64,000 nt of DNA from Azolla caroliniana. Lineage: Eukaryota; Plantae; Polypodiophyta. How positions within the stretch are numbered: the first letter of the stretch is position 1; each line of letters begins with the position of its first letter. Both the position numbers and the translations under genes were made by a program. Under the pieces are notes generated by a model. The model was not told where the DNA came from, did no database searches, and worked only from the letters and a program-made list of their open reading frames with translations. Positions 37,450 through 50,203 of the stretch are shown here, piece by piece. Location: contig JBHGNT010000008.1 in assembly GCA_043228905.1 (NCBI GenBank), positions 21,886,001 to 21,950,000 of the forward strand, written 5' to 3'.

Positions 37450-38215
37450 AGTTGTGTTGATGATTTCTCGTGGCATACCAGTTGACAACTATCATTGTCG
37501 TACATGTTGCCACAAGCCCAAATTTGGCAATCATGTCATCAAACAAAATGCCTAAATCCTTTGCAATTGCTTGAGTCAATGGATTGAAGGAATATCACCA
37601 CTTAGTCAAGTATGAGCATTGCTTCATCCCTCACAAGCAACTAATTGAATTTATGTTGTATTCAAGGGATGCTTCAAGCACCATTATATTTTGGTAAGCG
37701 TTTGGAGCTCGTTGCGAAACCCACATTGTGCTATCTAGGAATACTCTTCAATGTTAAATGCATCTAAAGTTGCCCATTTGAAGCACATCTATGTAGTGTG
37801 ACCCATCCAAATGAAGATATTTGTCGTGCTTTGACAACCCAAATTTAAAATGAGGTCTACTTTTTTGACATAGAAACAATGATTGAGACGAGGGAATATA
37901 TTGACCAAGAGCACCATGAGCTTATGGAGGTAATAAGTGAGGTCCATTGACTTGACCGAAGTGGGCACAAGAAATCATGTAGTCGTTCCATCAACAATAG
38001 TTCCAATTTCACTTGAAGTTGCCAAAACAGTCAAGCTTGACCTAATGTTGCTAACCATACCTCTTACAAGTGTGTATGATGATGAAAATAATGGCCATCC
38101 TCGAGCTCGAAAGCTTTGCAAAAGTGGCTCATGACCCTCAATGGGAGGAGGCAGGTTTATGAAGAGGTATAGGCTACCTATGACAACGAAAGTGTGGGAT
38201 CTCGTCTCTCTCTAT
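37450..38215 (+). mobile_element. Degenerate Ty1/Copia pol relic
   Basis: VDDFSWHT (integrase FIDDFSRYTW-like) at about 37457, and DPQWEEA..EEV..YDNE..WDLV (Copia RT start W..AM.EE..N.TWDLV) at about 38133-38206. Confidence 0.5.
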
Positions 38216-38248
<33 letters not shown>

Positions 38249-38524
38249 CTTACTTAATCCATTTTGTTGCATAGAAATATATTCTTTGGACGTTCTTCAC
38301 CCAAATGGTAGTCCATCACTATAGTAAAAATGCATAGTCCACTTGTGAATCTCGGAAAACTCTTTCCATTGTGCACTGTCTCTCTTTATTGTAGAGTGAC
38401 ATAGTCATTAGACCAACAAACGGGCACGCTAAACTTGCTTCGTCCATTTGAATTCCATGCTTTTTTAAGTATTTGTTCCCAAACAGATCAAACATCAATA
38501 GGCGATTCACCATGTTGGCGGTTT

Positions 38525-39010
38525 GCCATTACTATCAGGCGACATATCCACATGAAAATTGTTGCAAGTCTGGACATGTGATCCTACCATTACTATCAGG
38601 CGACATATCCACATGAAAATGGTTGCGAGTTCGGACATATTTGATCTTGCCATTACTATCAGGCGACATATCCACATGAAAGTGGTTGCGAGTCCGGACA
38701 TAATTGATCCTGCCATTACTATCAGGCGACATATCCACATGAAAATGGTTGCGAGTCCGGACATGTGATCCTGCCATTACTATCAGGCGATATAACCACA
38801 TGAAAATGGTTGCGAGTCCGGACATGTGATCCTGCCATTACTATCAGGCGACATATCCACATGAAAATGGTTGCGAGTCCGGACATATATGATCTTGCCA
38901 TTACTATCAGGCGACATATCCGCATGAAAATGGTTCAAGTCCGGACATGTGATCCTGCCATTACTATCAGGCGACATATCCACATGAAAATGGTTGCGAG
39001 TCCGGACATC
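38525..39010. repeat. Minisatellite, 8 copies of 60-63 bp, upstream of the sigma factor gene
   Basis: The unit GCCATTACTATCAGGCGACATATCCACATGAAAATGGTTGCGAGTCCGGACAT(GT/ATAT)GATCCT starts at 38525, 38586, 38649, 38712, 38773, 38834, 38897 and 38957. Confidence 0.96.
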
Positions 39011-39670
39011 TCATAGGAGGAGATGAATTCTAAAGAATGAGAGACAGTAAGTACCACATGAATTCTAAAGAAGAAAAGAAGACGCCAAGAGGAGGAAGAA
39101 GTGTGAATGAGACAGAAGAGGGGTTTTTGTGGAGAGGGAGGAATCTGAGGACGTGGCATGCCTCAGAGACGTCCGATCCCACCATCCGACGGCTCACATC
39201 TGCCCAACCGGCTCCGATGCTAGCGGTCAGATTCCTCCTCTTCTCCTTCATGGATAAGGGAACTTCCATTGCTTCCTACTTCCCTCTTCACTCGAACCCA
39301 CCATTGATACTGCAGATATTGAAGTGGGTTCTCTCTCTCTCCTAACCTAAACCTAAACACAGTTTCCCCTTCCCCCTCCCTTTCTTCTGAACTGTTGCTG
39401 GAAAGCTCGGGTTTTATGGCCAATCTTCAGTTATATATGCACACTATTGATGTATGCTTCACAAGCATCCAGAGATAAAATAAAATAAAAAAATAAAAAC
39501 ATGGGCTTTCGCACAAATTTGGAAATTTTCTCCATCTTTTGACATACATAACTTGGATTTGAAATCAGAGCCACGGGGGGTCCATTTTCTGTGTGCTTTC
39601 AATCCGACCCAGGTGTTTTCTCCACATACATTTTGGAGGTTTTTGAAACTGTGAAATATTATGTAGGATA

Positions 39671-42600
39671 ATGGTGCCTGTGCCCATTTCACTTCAACAT
39701 TGTTCTTGTCACATTATACTACGCCCAGCAACTACTCCGGAATCGGTCAGGTAAGCATTTTGTATCGTGTCTACCAAAATAAAGCATGATTTTTTATTGT
39801 TTTTCTCCTCATTTTACTTGGTTTTTCTTATGAGGGTTGGCATAGGGTGCTCATTTGTTGACAGAAAACAGCAATTCTTGATGGTTTTCACATTATTTCT
39901 GTTGTAGCTTTTCTTATGTGGTTTATTTTCTTCATGTAGTTATAGGATTTTGTCACTAGGATATGGAAAACATGCTTTCTTGTTTGTTTTCTTTTAGTTC
40001 ACTTGGTTTAACCTGTGAGGGTCTCTTGACATCAGACTGAGTCAGTAGATATAGAAAACATGGTTTCTTGTTGATTTTCACGTGATTTCGCGTAGATTTC
40101 GCAATGAGGGTCCTCATCGAAGCACAGCCTACAAGGTTCACTTAGATTAAATCATGATTGTTTTCTTCTTCATATCCACACAGGGTTTAGTTGTTTAGGG
40201 CTCAGTGTAAAGGGTTTAGGATAATTGGTTACAGGAAACTGAAGAATTTGATTGGATTAAACCAGTAATTAAGTAAGCATACATACCTCCTGGCTAAAAG
40301 AGAACATGCATTCTTATTGGTTTTCACATCATTTCCATAGTTATCCTTATGAATCTATATTTCTTACAGGCTTGAGTCACTTAGATCACAATCTAAAGGG
40401 TTTAGTATAGTCGGTCATACATATTGTCTGCCATGGCAGCCGAAGAATGTGACCAAGATTGACAAGTCAACACTGGTCAGGTAAGCATCTATATCTCTAA
40501 CCAAAAGAAAATATGGTTATCTATTTGTTTTCACACGATTTCACTATAATTTTCATCCTGAGGGTGTCTTTCCTCATCTTGGTCACCTTGGCACAGGGTC
40601 GAGTCCTTTAGATCACAGTCTAAAGGATTTCAGATAATTGTTCATGGATCTTGTATACCTAGGCAGCCAAAGAATGTGGCGAGTATTGAAGCATCGGCCA
40701 GGTAAACATACATATAACCAAAAGCTAACGCTGTATTCTGTTGTGTTTCATGTTGGTTTTCACATAGTTTTCATCATATTGGCACAGGGATGAGTCATTT
40801 CGACCTCAGTCTAAGGGGTTTAGTATAATTGGTCATAGATCCTGTGTACCATGGCAACCAAAGGATGCAACCAGGATTGAAGCAACTCTAGCTGTGGAGA
40901 CTAGAGTAGTAACTGCTGATGAGACAATAGCTCTAGCAACAGAAGCTTTAGCACGAGCAAGGGCCGCAGAAGCGGCTGCTGCAGTTGCCTTGGCAAGAGC
41001 CGCCGCTCAAGCGGCGAAAGATGCTGCAGCACTTGCAAATTCAAGTCGCCGGAATGAATTCTTGGAGGATTTTCCTTCAGAGAAAGACCTTTTACTGTTA
41101 GAACGTGCAAGGCTGAGTGAAATGGAGAATGATATATTTGAGGTTTCTGATATAGCTCCCACATCATTAGAACCGCCAAACAACATTTCCCAGGAAGGGA
41201 CTGGCTTGAATGATGAAGGAGATACTTCTATAATGGACTTTTCTCATGCTTTGCAACTGGATACTTTCCATGATCTGAATGGAGAAACGTCACTTCAAAA
41301 TGAAATGGTTGCTTCCCCTAAAAGGAAAGGTCCAGTTGCAGCAAAATCTAAGCGACGCGGAGAAAGGTTAGAGAAACGAAGACGTGCAAAAGTAAAATCT
41401 GGAAAGGCAGCCGATGCTACTGCTGCAGCTGTTGAAGCAGCTGCGATTTCAGCTTCCAAACAGGGTAGGTCCAGGAAAGCAATTAATCAAGTTTCAACTG
41501 ATCCAATTCGGTCCTTCCTAGCATCAAATGGCTCAAGGAGATCTAAGCTTCTAACAGCTACTGAGGAAATTGAATTTTCTCGTAAAGTTCAGGTGATAAC
41601 ACATTTTGCATCTCAGAGCTTCTTGTCTCATGTTTGTATAGGATTAATACAGAGATACTAAATTGTTAGTTCTTCTTGATGGTTTGAGGAGGCAGGACCT
41701 ATTGAAAATGGAGGCAGTAAAGACAAGTCTAGTAGAGCAGATAGGAAGGGATCCTACATTAGCTGAATGGGCGAAGGCTCTAGACATGGACGTTGGAGCT
41801 TTTTCAATTCGGCTGAATGAGGGTAGACAGGCAAAGGACAGGATGATACAATGTAATCTTAGACTTGTAGTCTCTGTTGCGAAGAAGTATCAAGGGAAAG
41901 GAATGACTGTGCAAGACCTTATACAGGTTAGCACAATTTCGAAAGTTGTTTATGCTGCATGATAAGAAATGCTGGCTAGTTAATGCTATTATGTATATGA
42001 TGGAGGAAAATAATGATGTCAAGATTCTCCAAGTTTCACCTTTGAGATCCAGTCACTGCTAACAAAAAAGGACTCACCAAAAACTTAAAACAGGAACATG
42101 CTCCTACCCTAGTCAATCCATTTCTAGAATGTGGTCTGAAACAAATGATCTGCAATAGTTTGAAATACTCTTCAATAAAGAAAACAGTAAGTCTAATAGT
42201 TTGATTTGAGTCTTTTTAATGAATCCGTGGGGACAAGTTTGACTCTTACATATTACATGCGATGGTCATAACATTACACATAACTCATAACCTTTTGCAT
42301 TTGGTTCGTATCTTAGTATGTGCAACCTTCAGCCTGCAACTTGTTTTCTCTCAATGGTTATTTCTGTAAAACATATTAATATGCTATTTTTCAAATTTAT
42401 CTCTGAAACAAAATTTCATTACCCCAGTCACAATTTTCTTATGCCCTGATGCTGGATAACTACGGAACAATCATGATAGGCGATTTATTGACCAAGTTGT
42501 GTGGCTCAAGTTTAAAGGTAAACTGGAGCGAATGGGCCAAAGAACATGTACATTGAGCACAAAATCGAGCAGGTTTTAGGATGGTGCGCACTATTCATAG

Positions 42601-45600
42601 ACCAAGTGCTGATTGTAAGAGTTCTTGTGGTGGAGGGTAGAGCTTCGTGAAAGAGGATATATTTCTGCTTTGTCGGTTTCTCAGAATCCTTTGGCACAGT
42701 GCCATGAGGTACACTGATGCAAACAATCGTGGACCAAAGAATATACAGTAGGGAGCTATGCATTGTATGAGTTGGCATAAGGAAAGGTTTAGATCTCAAG
42801 AGGAGTACCAGACAAGGTGGTCAGCACCATTGGGATAAAACAATGATGTCCTAGCCATCCACACTTACATAGATGAGTTGGGTGGACCCAGTGCATCTCT
42901 TGCCAGAGTACTCCTACCGATATTTCTATATGCATATGATATTAGTTTGATCTCATATTTCCTAGAAGACTCACAAAATATCTAGATGTTCTACCTGCAT
43001 TTGATGAAGGAAACTCTTAGTGTGCAGCCAGTAGAGTCCACAAAATTAGATCTGTATTGGAAGTCACCGATGATATTATCTTTACATTGAACTCTTCAGA
43101 GGTTTGAAAAAAGTTCAGATGCCCTACATGCATTTTTGGAAGAAAATAATCTCTTTGGGATGGGTAAGACCAAGAATATGATACGTAACACAACTCAGGT
43201 ATGGATGAATAGGCTGGACATTTAATGGACAACTAGTGCAGTACACAGAGTTTGAGAGTGGCATTGTTTGTGAATCTCTTTCATAGGAAAGATGCATTCA
43301 CAGACAGACTCTAGAGGAGGGCAGCTTTGGGACATTTGAGAGTCAATGTGTGCATGGACAGTTCAAAGAATGGTTGCTCAAGACATTGATCACACCTGCC
43401 TTCTTTCGTTGAGAAAGATATGGAGATCAAACCTCTGTGATGTGAAAGATTGTAGAAACATTGAAAGGCATTTCCGTATGATAAGGAGCAAAACATAATT
43501 TCACATGAGATCACTAGAGCTGAGTTGCGAATAGGCCCAATATTGTGGAGGCACTTTTCGAAGCTTTGGTTTGTATAGATTCAATGTGAAAATTACCAAG
43601 GCATTGCTATCTACGGTTGGCTCTTGCCTCATTTATACAACTAGCAGAGGAAGGTGAAACAAATGTTGGTCTTCACAAATGAAATATTACTTTCAAGTAC
43701 ATGACATTGGAAGCTGGTACCATTTGATTATTGCCTTGAGTGACCATTTCTGGATATGACTAAGAGAAAAATAATATGATATGGTCAGATATTACCAAAG
43801 TGGACAGAAAAACAGCTTGGATGGTGTGAAAAGCCCAACTAGGCACAATAATGACTAATTATTATTCCCTGTAATGAGGCAGGTTTAGGCATCATCCCAT
43901 CAACTGAGGATAGAGACCCGATGATATACAAATATAGCTGAAGGGATCTGCATTTGCCAGAGTTGTGATGAAGGAATTTAATCCGAGTATTACAGATGAC
44001 ATTCCCAGACTATTATGATATCAGAGGAATATATCATTGTTTACCTAGAGAAGGATGTAATCCTCTCCAAAAGTGGAGTACAAGAATCAAAGATGATTTG
44101 TTCTCTGTGTTCTAGAGATAAGGAGACATAGACATGGTATCTTGGGGGAGAATTTGACACTCATTGATCCACATTAGCAAATAGCTTTGACGAATTTCTT
44201 TCACAAGACTACTATTAGGGACAGTTCTCATGATGTATAAACAAACAGACTGGCCAAAGTGCAGTCACTATAGCTAGATTCATTGCTCTTTGTCAAGGAT
44301 GTTGACTAAACTAGGCAGGGCCACCACCCTGATGTGCATATCTCCATAAGATCAAAACCATCATCACATGACCTCAGAGACTTTCCTCATCCCTACAATC
44401 ATTCCATATTACATCACCCCATGATGGATATTTCCGATGGCAGCAAATTTAGTTCAATGGTAAGATTACCAACGTTGTTGGCTTTCATAATTACATTTGA
44501 AGCCGTTTAGTTTTAGGAAAATTGAGTAAAACAAATTTCATTTGTTGCTCACATTAACGAGTTAACCTAAACTGTTGACATTCATTTATCTCTCTCTCTT
44601 TCTTATGTAATTATATCTCATATGTATGAGTTATATTAACTAACATACACATGCTATTTGATATTAAATATTAGTGAGATATACACACCCGTGCATACTT
44701 ACATATGCATACACAAGCACGTAATGCACTTATATAAATTTATATATTGTACCTAGGTATGAAGTTAACGATGGGCCAATGTCTAATTTCTGTTTTGTTT
44801 ATTTGATACCATTGGAGACAACGTTCATCTTATGTTTTTCATATGTTATTTGAAGAATGTATAAATACGATAGGATAATACATCACTTAATTATCATTGG
44901 ATGCAATGCCCATCATTATGTTCTTCGCATATTGCTTGAGGAATGTATAAATATGAATAGTATATTTATGCAGGGGAATGTGAATTGGTACTTTTAAAAA
45001 ACCTATGATCAAAATGTTTGACTAAACCTTTTCCAACGCATTAAATTCATGGAAAGTGTTCTAAGATCCAACGTACGGCATATTTTCCATGTTGTATTCT
45101 CCAATATATCTTTGAAGAATTGCTACTTGCACACATTAAGTATCTTGTCCTAGCTGGCTGGATCTGGAATAGATGTGATAGGAGCCCAGCTTTCTGGTTC
45201 TATTATGAGTTTACAGAATCTTGTGCTAATGGAGAGTTTATGAATCTGCTAGTTAAGCAAAAATGAAGAGTGAGCTTATTTCACTTAATGCTAGCAAACG
45301 TCGAATGGGTTATGTGACAATAACTACCTGTTTTATTGTGCATAGTTTATTTTTTCTCTTTCAGATGTGACATTTTTTTCTATTTTCTTTTAATGAGTCT
45401 TTGCTATGGGAAAGTTTTCTTATTCTATGTTAGATATGTAAGTATCATGAATCAGATACCATGTTTTTGTTTCAGTTGGTTAGTAGATTTTTATTCTTAG
45501 TGGGGAAGGGAATGCCTGTAGCAGTTTTAGTTTATTCATGCTTTAAAAATACTTTTCTGTCTCTTTGGAAGATTGAGGGACTTGCAGGGCGAGAACCCAA

Positions 45601-46748
45601 ACCACCATTTAAGTGCGCTGTTATTTGAAGCTATTAGCAACATTCTCTAATGCAGCGTTTTTGTTTTATTTTTTTGCCTCTGTTATGTAGGAGGGGAGCA
45701 TGGGCCTAATTCGAGGATGTGAAAAATTTGACCCCGAGAAGGGTTTTAAATTCTCAACTTATGCGCATTGGTGGATAAGGCAAGCGGTTACGAGAGCAAT
45801 ATCTGTGCAGTCTCGGACTGTTCGTCTACCGGTAGGATATATATATTCTAACCAAACCATTTGTTATTCTTGTGTGTTATTTTCATGCATTATTTTAATC
45901 CTCAACCATTTGTTTAACGTTTAGGCTCACCTGCATGAGGTTATGTCACGCATCCGAAAAGCAAAAAGGATACTTTACCAGGAATATCAGCGACCAGCTC
46001 GTGAAAGTGATGTTGCCGAGATAATGGGAATGACTGTAGAGAAGCTAAGATCAATTGTAAGATCGACAAAGGCTTGCAGATCTTTGGAAAAACCAGTTGG
46101 TAAAGACCAGAGCTCAACCTTAGGGGTGAGTTTTTTATATGGCAACCTAAACTCATAAAACCCTAAATCTTTAATTCTCAAACCTTTTAGTATGGGTTAC
46201 GTTAATCAAGCATGTGCAACCTTGTCTTTTAATGCCAACTTACATAAGTCTCCTGCAATCCTAAACCTAAATCAGCTAACCAAAACATGTTTTTAGTACT
46301 ACAATTAAAATGTGTCACATTTTTTGTGCTTAACTCTGAACTGTAAACTCTAAAACCCTAACTGTAAACCAGGTAAGTATGAATAGGCTTTTAATAAGGA
46401 GCAATTCTGCTGATCAATAGGTATAAAACTTCTTCATTTTTCGTTTTTCTTATGCATTAGGAACTTATTGCTGATGACACACTGGAGGATCCAGAGTTGA
46501 GAATTGCAAGGCAGCTTTTAAAGGCTGACCTAAACAAGGTATTAAAAACTTTGAATGATAGAGAGATTGGGGTCATGAAGCTACGTTATGGACTTGAAGA
46601 TGGGAGGATGAGGACTTTAGAGGAGATTGGGAGGGTATTTGGGGTGACGAGAGAGCGAGTTCGTCAAATTGAATCAAAGGCGATGAGGAAGTTAAAGCAA
46701 CCAGATAGGAATGCAGTTTTGAAAGGATACATGGATGCTGATATCTGA
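39671..46748 (+). CDS. Nucleus-encoded plastid RNA polymerase sigma factor (sigma70 family, SIG2/SIGX-like)
   Basis: Exons: 39671-39750, (40370-40480), (40597-40701), 40788-41592, 41696-41926, 45691-45831, 45925-46125, 46461-46748. Region 1.2 [24 protein letters not shown]; region 2 [50 protein letters not shown]; region 4 [30 protein letters not shown]-terminal [16 protein letters not shown] resembles the SIG2 motif. The start codon and inclusion of the two bracketed exons are inferred. Confidence 0.92.
40184..40893 (+). repeat. Tandem intron+exon duplications (~200-230-bp period) in the sigma factor 5' region
   Basis: Four related exon-like blocks start at 40184 (broken), 40370, 40597 and 40788. 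Each is preceded by ..ACAG|G and shares CAGTCTAAAGGGTTTAGTATAATTGGTCAT-like sequence. Confidence 0.88.
42430..44260 (+). mobile_element. Degenerate L1-type LINE fragments in the long sigma factor intron
   Basis: [12 protein letters not shown] (about 43860) resembles plant L1 'PKxEGGLG', and LGGEFD (about 44140) resembles endonuclease 'GGDFN'. Frames are broken. Confidence 0.45.
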
Positions 46749-47259
46749 TGGAGTGTTTTCTCTTGATGGGCTGTAAATTTGTAAGACTAATAGTTATCAT
46801 TAATAGCTTCATTAAAATTGTTCATCTTTCTTGTACTGAGAGTTCCATTCTTGATCGGCAGTTTGGCGCTTTTATAGGTGGTTTGATTCATCTAATCGCA
46901 TTTGTATAATCGCGCGAGTAGTTAATACTCGTTTACATTCTTTCAATGAAGAATTGATATATATTCTTTTTTGTTTCAAGCATGTAGACATACCTATATT
47001 AAATAATTTGCATATGCTAGTACAAAAGTAAGAGATGGTTAGAGATAGAAACCCTTGCTACGTGCGTATGATATGTTTCGCAAATGATATCTCTACCATA
47101 GGTCGATCCAAAATAAAGAGGTCTCTAAAGTGACGAAAGCAGATGCGCCTTTATCTACCAGATGAAAAGGATGATGAATGTGTTGTCTACGAGGCCGAGG
47201 CCCACATGTACCACAAATTGCTATTGCCCAATCTATTTTAACCTCCTTACAATGTCTTG

Positions 47260-48965
47260 CTCGAGAGTCCATTTGTGTAGCTCTTGATTAACTTGTAGTA
47301 TTAGGAGTAATGGAGCTAAAGAAAGTTATGATTGTTCTTTGTTGGTTAATTTGTGTGGTTGTGTTGTTGTCCTTTAACTTTTCCCTATGTCTCTGGGGTT
47401 CTAGCAAGAAAAGCCCCAACCATTGTTGGTCCTCATACGCCATTACCTTGTGTAGTGAACCAAAGCCTTGTGTAAAGATGCAATGGTGTCTCCTTTTTAT
47501 TTCATAAAAAATAGTACAAATGACAAACGTAGTGTTCTTCATATTTCACTCGCTAATGACACAATTACCAAGTTGTTTCCTCGAGGTATTTGTGCATATC
47601 TACCTCCTTTCTTCTCTAATTGATGTGTGGAAGTTCATGGTTTCCCTATCACACCACACAACACATTAGGTTGATGAATGCATCCTCCTATGTGTGTAAA
47701 AAGTGTCTTATAGTGGCCCATCTTCCTACCAAGAGTTGTAGTGTTGATCTATGGTATTTTGTTTTCCAAGTTGATAATATCAATTCAAAAACTCTACCAT
47801 TTCCACTTTGAATGTGTTTAGTTGGGGACAATCCAAGCTATATTGGAGTGGGGTAGCGAATTTATGTTTATGCCATGTGACTTGAACCATTGTTGGGTTT
47901 TATCATACCAACAATGAATATCTTCTAATCAACAAGTTATTTTGATGATTTAAACTGCCTACCTTGATTAACTTCGTGTAGGGAGCTCCCAAGACCATTG
48001 GATCTTGGTTACTAATCTAAATAATGCCTCAATGACTATTGGGTTTGCTCCCATTTTTGTCCAAATTATATCATGGGGCACAAGTTATATCAAAGAGCGA
48101 GAACGAAAGACATATTAACATCGTTTAGAAGCCAAAATGGCCTATTAAGACCACACAAGAAATTATGCATGCAATATTCTCAAGTTAGATTGTAATTTCT
48201 ATCTTCAAAAGTGAGGGAAGAACTTGTGATGGCACAAGAACGTGTAAACATTATCTATTGATGACAATAACGGCAAAATATAACAGTCCACTTGCATGAA
48301 ATTTTATTATTGCCCCATCTTGTTATCCTTTCGCAAAATTTGTAGCCATTGATTGACTTGTAGCATTCATAGGAGCAATGGGGCTAAAGAAAGTTGTGAT
48401 TGTTCTTTGTTGATTAGCTTGTATGGTTGCATCGTTTTCCTTCAACAACACCTGATCTAATGAGAACAATCTCAAGCACCGTTGGTCCTCATTCCATTAT
48501 TGTGCGGAATAGGCTAAAGCCTTCATTAAAGAGGCAATGGTATCTCACTCTTATTTCATAAAAATAAATAATATTGTAGCTCTCCCTTATTTCATACAAA
48601 ACTATATAGCAACTCCCACTTATTTAATACAAAAACTAAATAATGGTAAACATAATACTCCTTTAATTCCACTCCCTAATAGCCCAATTAGCACATTCAT
48701 TCTTACAGAGAGGTGTGTATATTTTCCTAGCTCCATCTCTATCTAATATGAAAAGGGGCACAACGCATGAAATGGATGTATGTCCATATAAGAGGGTTTG
48801 ATGATGAATCCATCCTTCAATGTGTATAAAAGTGTGCCTTATAGTGTGTCATCTTCCTACCAGAGATATTGGGTTGATTGACGTTCTTCTAGTATATCCA
48901 ATTTGATTATATTGGTTCAAATCACTTTATTCTTTTCCACTTTGGTCATGTTGAATTGGGCAATC
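47260..48965. repeat. Two diverged ~550-600-bp copies (47260-47830 and 48335-48965), probably old retroelement fragments
   Basis: Shared blocks include GGAG.AATGG.GCTAAAGAAAGTT.TGATTGTTCTTTGTTG, GTTGGTCCTCAT, GATGAAT.CATCCT and CATCTTCCTACCA. The second copy carries different sequence at about 48560-48790. Confidence 0.6.
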
Positions 48966-50203
48966 AATATATCAAAAACGATATCTCTATTTTTGCAAGT
49001 TGTTTTTATCATAGAAGTGCCAACCTCCAGTACATTTGGGAATAATACGTGAATGATTATTGGGATTGTTTCGATCCAAGCACTCACTTAGACTAAAAGT
49101 CTCTTCAATTACGGTCAGGTAAGTCCTAGTTTTACTTTGCTTTAACAGCCCCAACCTACCTTTTTTTCTAACTTGACTTTTATGCTCTCATTTTAAAGGT
49201 TAATTTTCACCCTCTTCATCCTCAGCCATCTTCACCTTCATTACTTCGTATAAACTTGAAGGGTTTGGGGGTTTAAGCTAATGCCACAACCTCTCATTCA
49301 ACTTGACGGAGTCTACTGTCATCTTGAATCAAGTTCTCAAGAATGGTGATTTGACATTACAAGATATTAAACATCATATTACAATTCTTGAGTTTAACAA
49401 ATCCAGTGATTTTTCAAAGTACATTAAATGTGAAAATAGTATCCGTACAACAGGTTTATTGCTGATTCAGTGGGTCGAAACCAAGCATTTATCCTTCAGC
49501 AATCTGTATGAATAGTCAATGTTTCTATCATGGATCTTCTCCTTATTGGAAAAGACAAACTGATGTAAATAGTTCTCTAGGTCAGAATCAATTAGATACA
49601 GATCTAAATTGTTGCATGCAATACATACCTGAACACCTAACACTAATTTCCATTTCTGTAATGCATATTTTAGTAATTGAAGCTGCGTGAGTAGCATGAC
49701 CGAAGACTACCACCTCTTTTCCAGCCAAATTAAGTTCTACTTCATAATGAAGATATATCACTATCCATCTTAATCACAGAAGGCAAAATACAATTAAAAG
49801 AGTCGAGGGATAAAATTTCCTTCATATGACAGCTATATATAAAGGACTGTAAGCAAACAAATCAAATATAAAAATAATAGCAACGATATTTAGAATTGTG
49901 ACAACGGTTCTATAAATCAATCTAAACAAAGTAAATAAGTATAAGAAAAACTTTATTTAACCCAAGATATGTAAATTTGTCACAAAATTCAAACAAAAAC
50001 ATTATTTAAATCATACTGTTGTTGAAGCCCAAGGACCTATATGAAAAACTTCAATAAAACTGAAAATTCAAGTCACCTAAGCATCATACCATTTCATGGA
50101 AAGCCAACTACAAGCATTTACATAAATGAGACTCACATTCATGTTCTATGCACATGGTTTTCTACCTACTCGTGACACATCTTAAATGGCAGCCTGACAA
50201 AGA

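Noticed and set aside
38507-39016. ORFs with repeated MSGLATIFMWICRL peptides, or a CRISPR-like array
   Set aside because: The ORFs are by-products of a 60-63-bp minisatellite with frame-breaking unit lengths, and there are no unique spacers.
39416-39478. ATG at 39416 as the sigma factor start
   Set aside because: It stops after 20 codons unspliced. If spliced to 39667 in phase 0 it is out of frame with the phase-2 downstream exons, so it is more likely a uORF.
40894-46748. Bacterial contamination or horizontally acquired rpoD
   Set aside because: Spliceosomal introns and a SIG2-like N-terminal extension show it is a normal nuclear-encoded plastid sigma factor.
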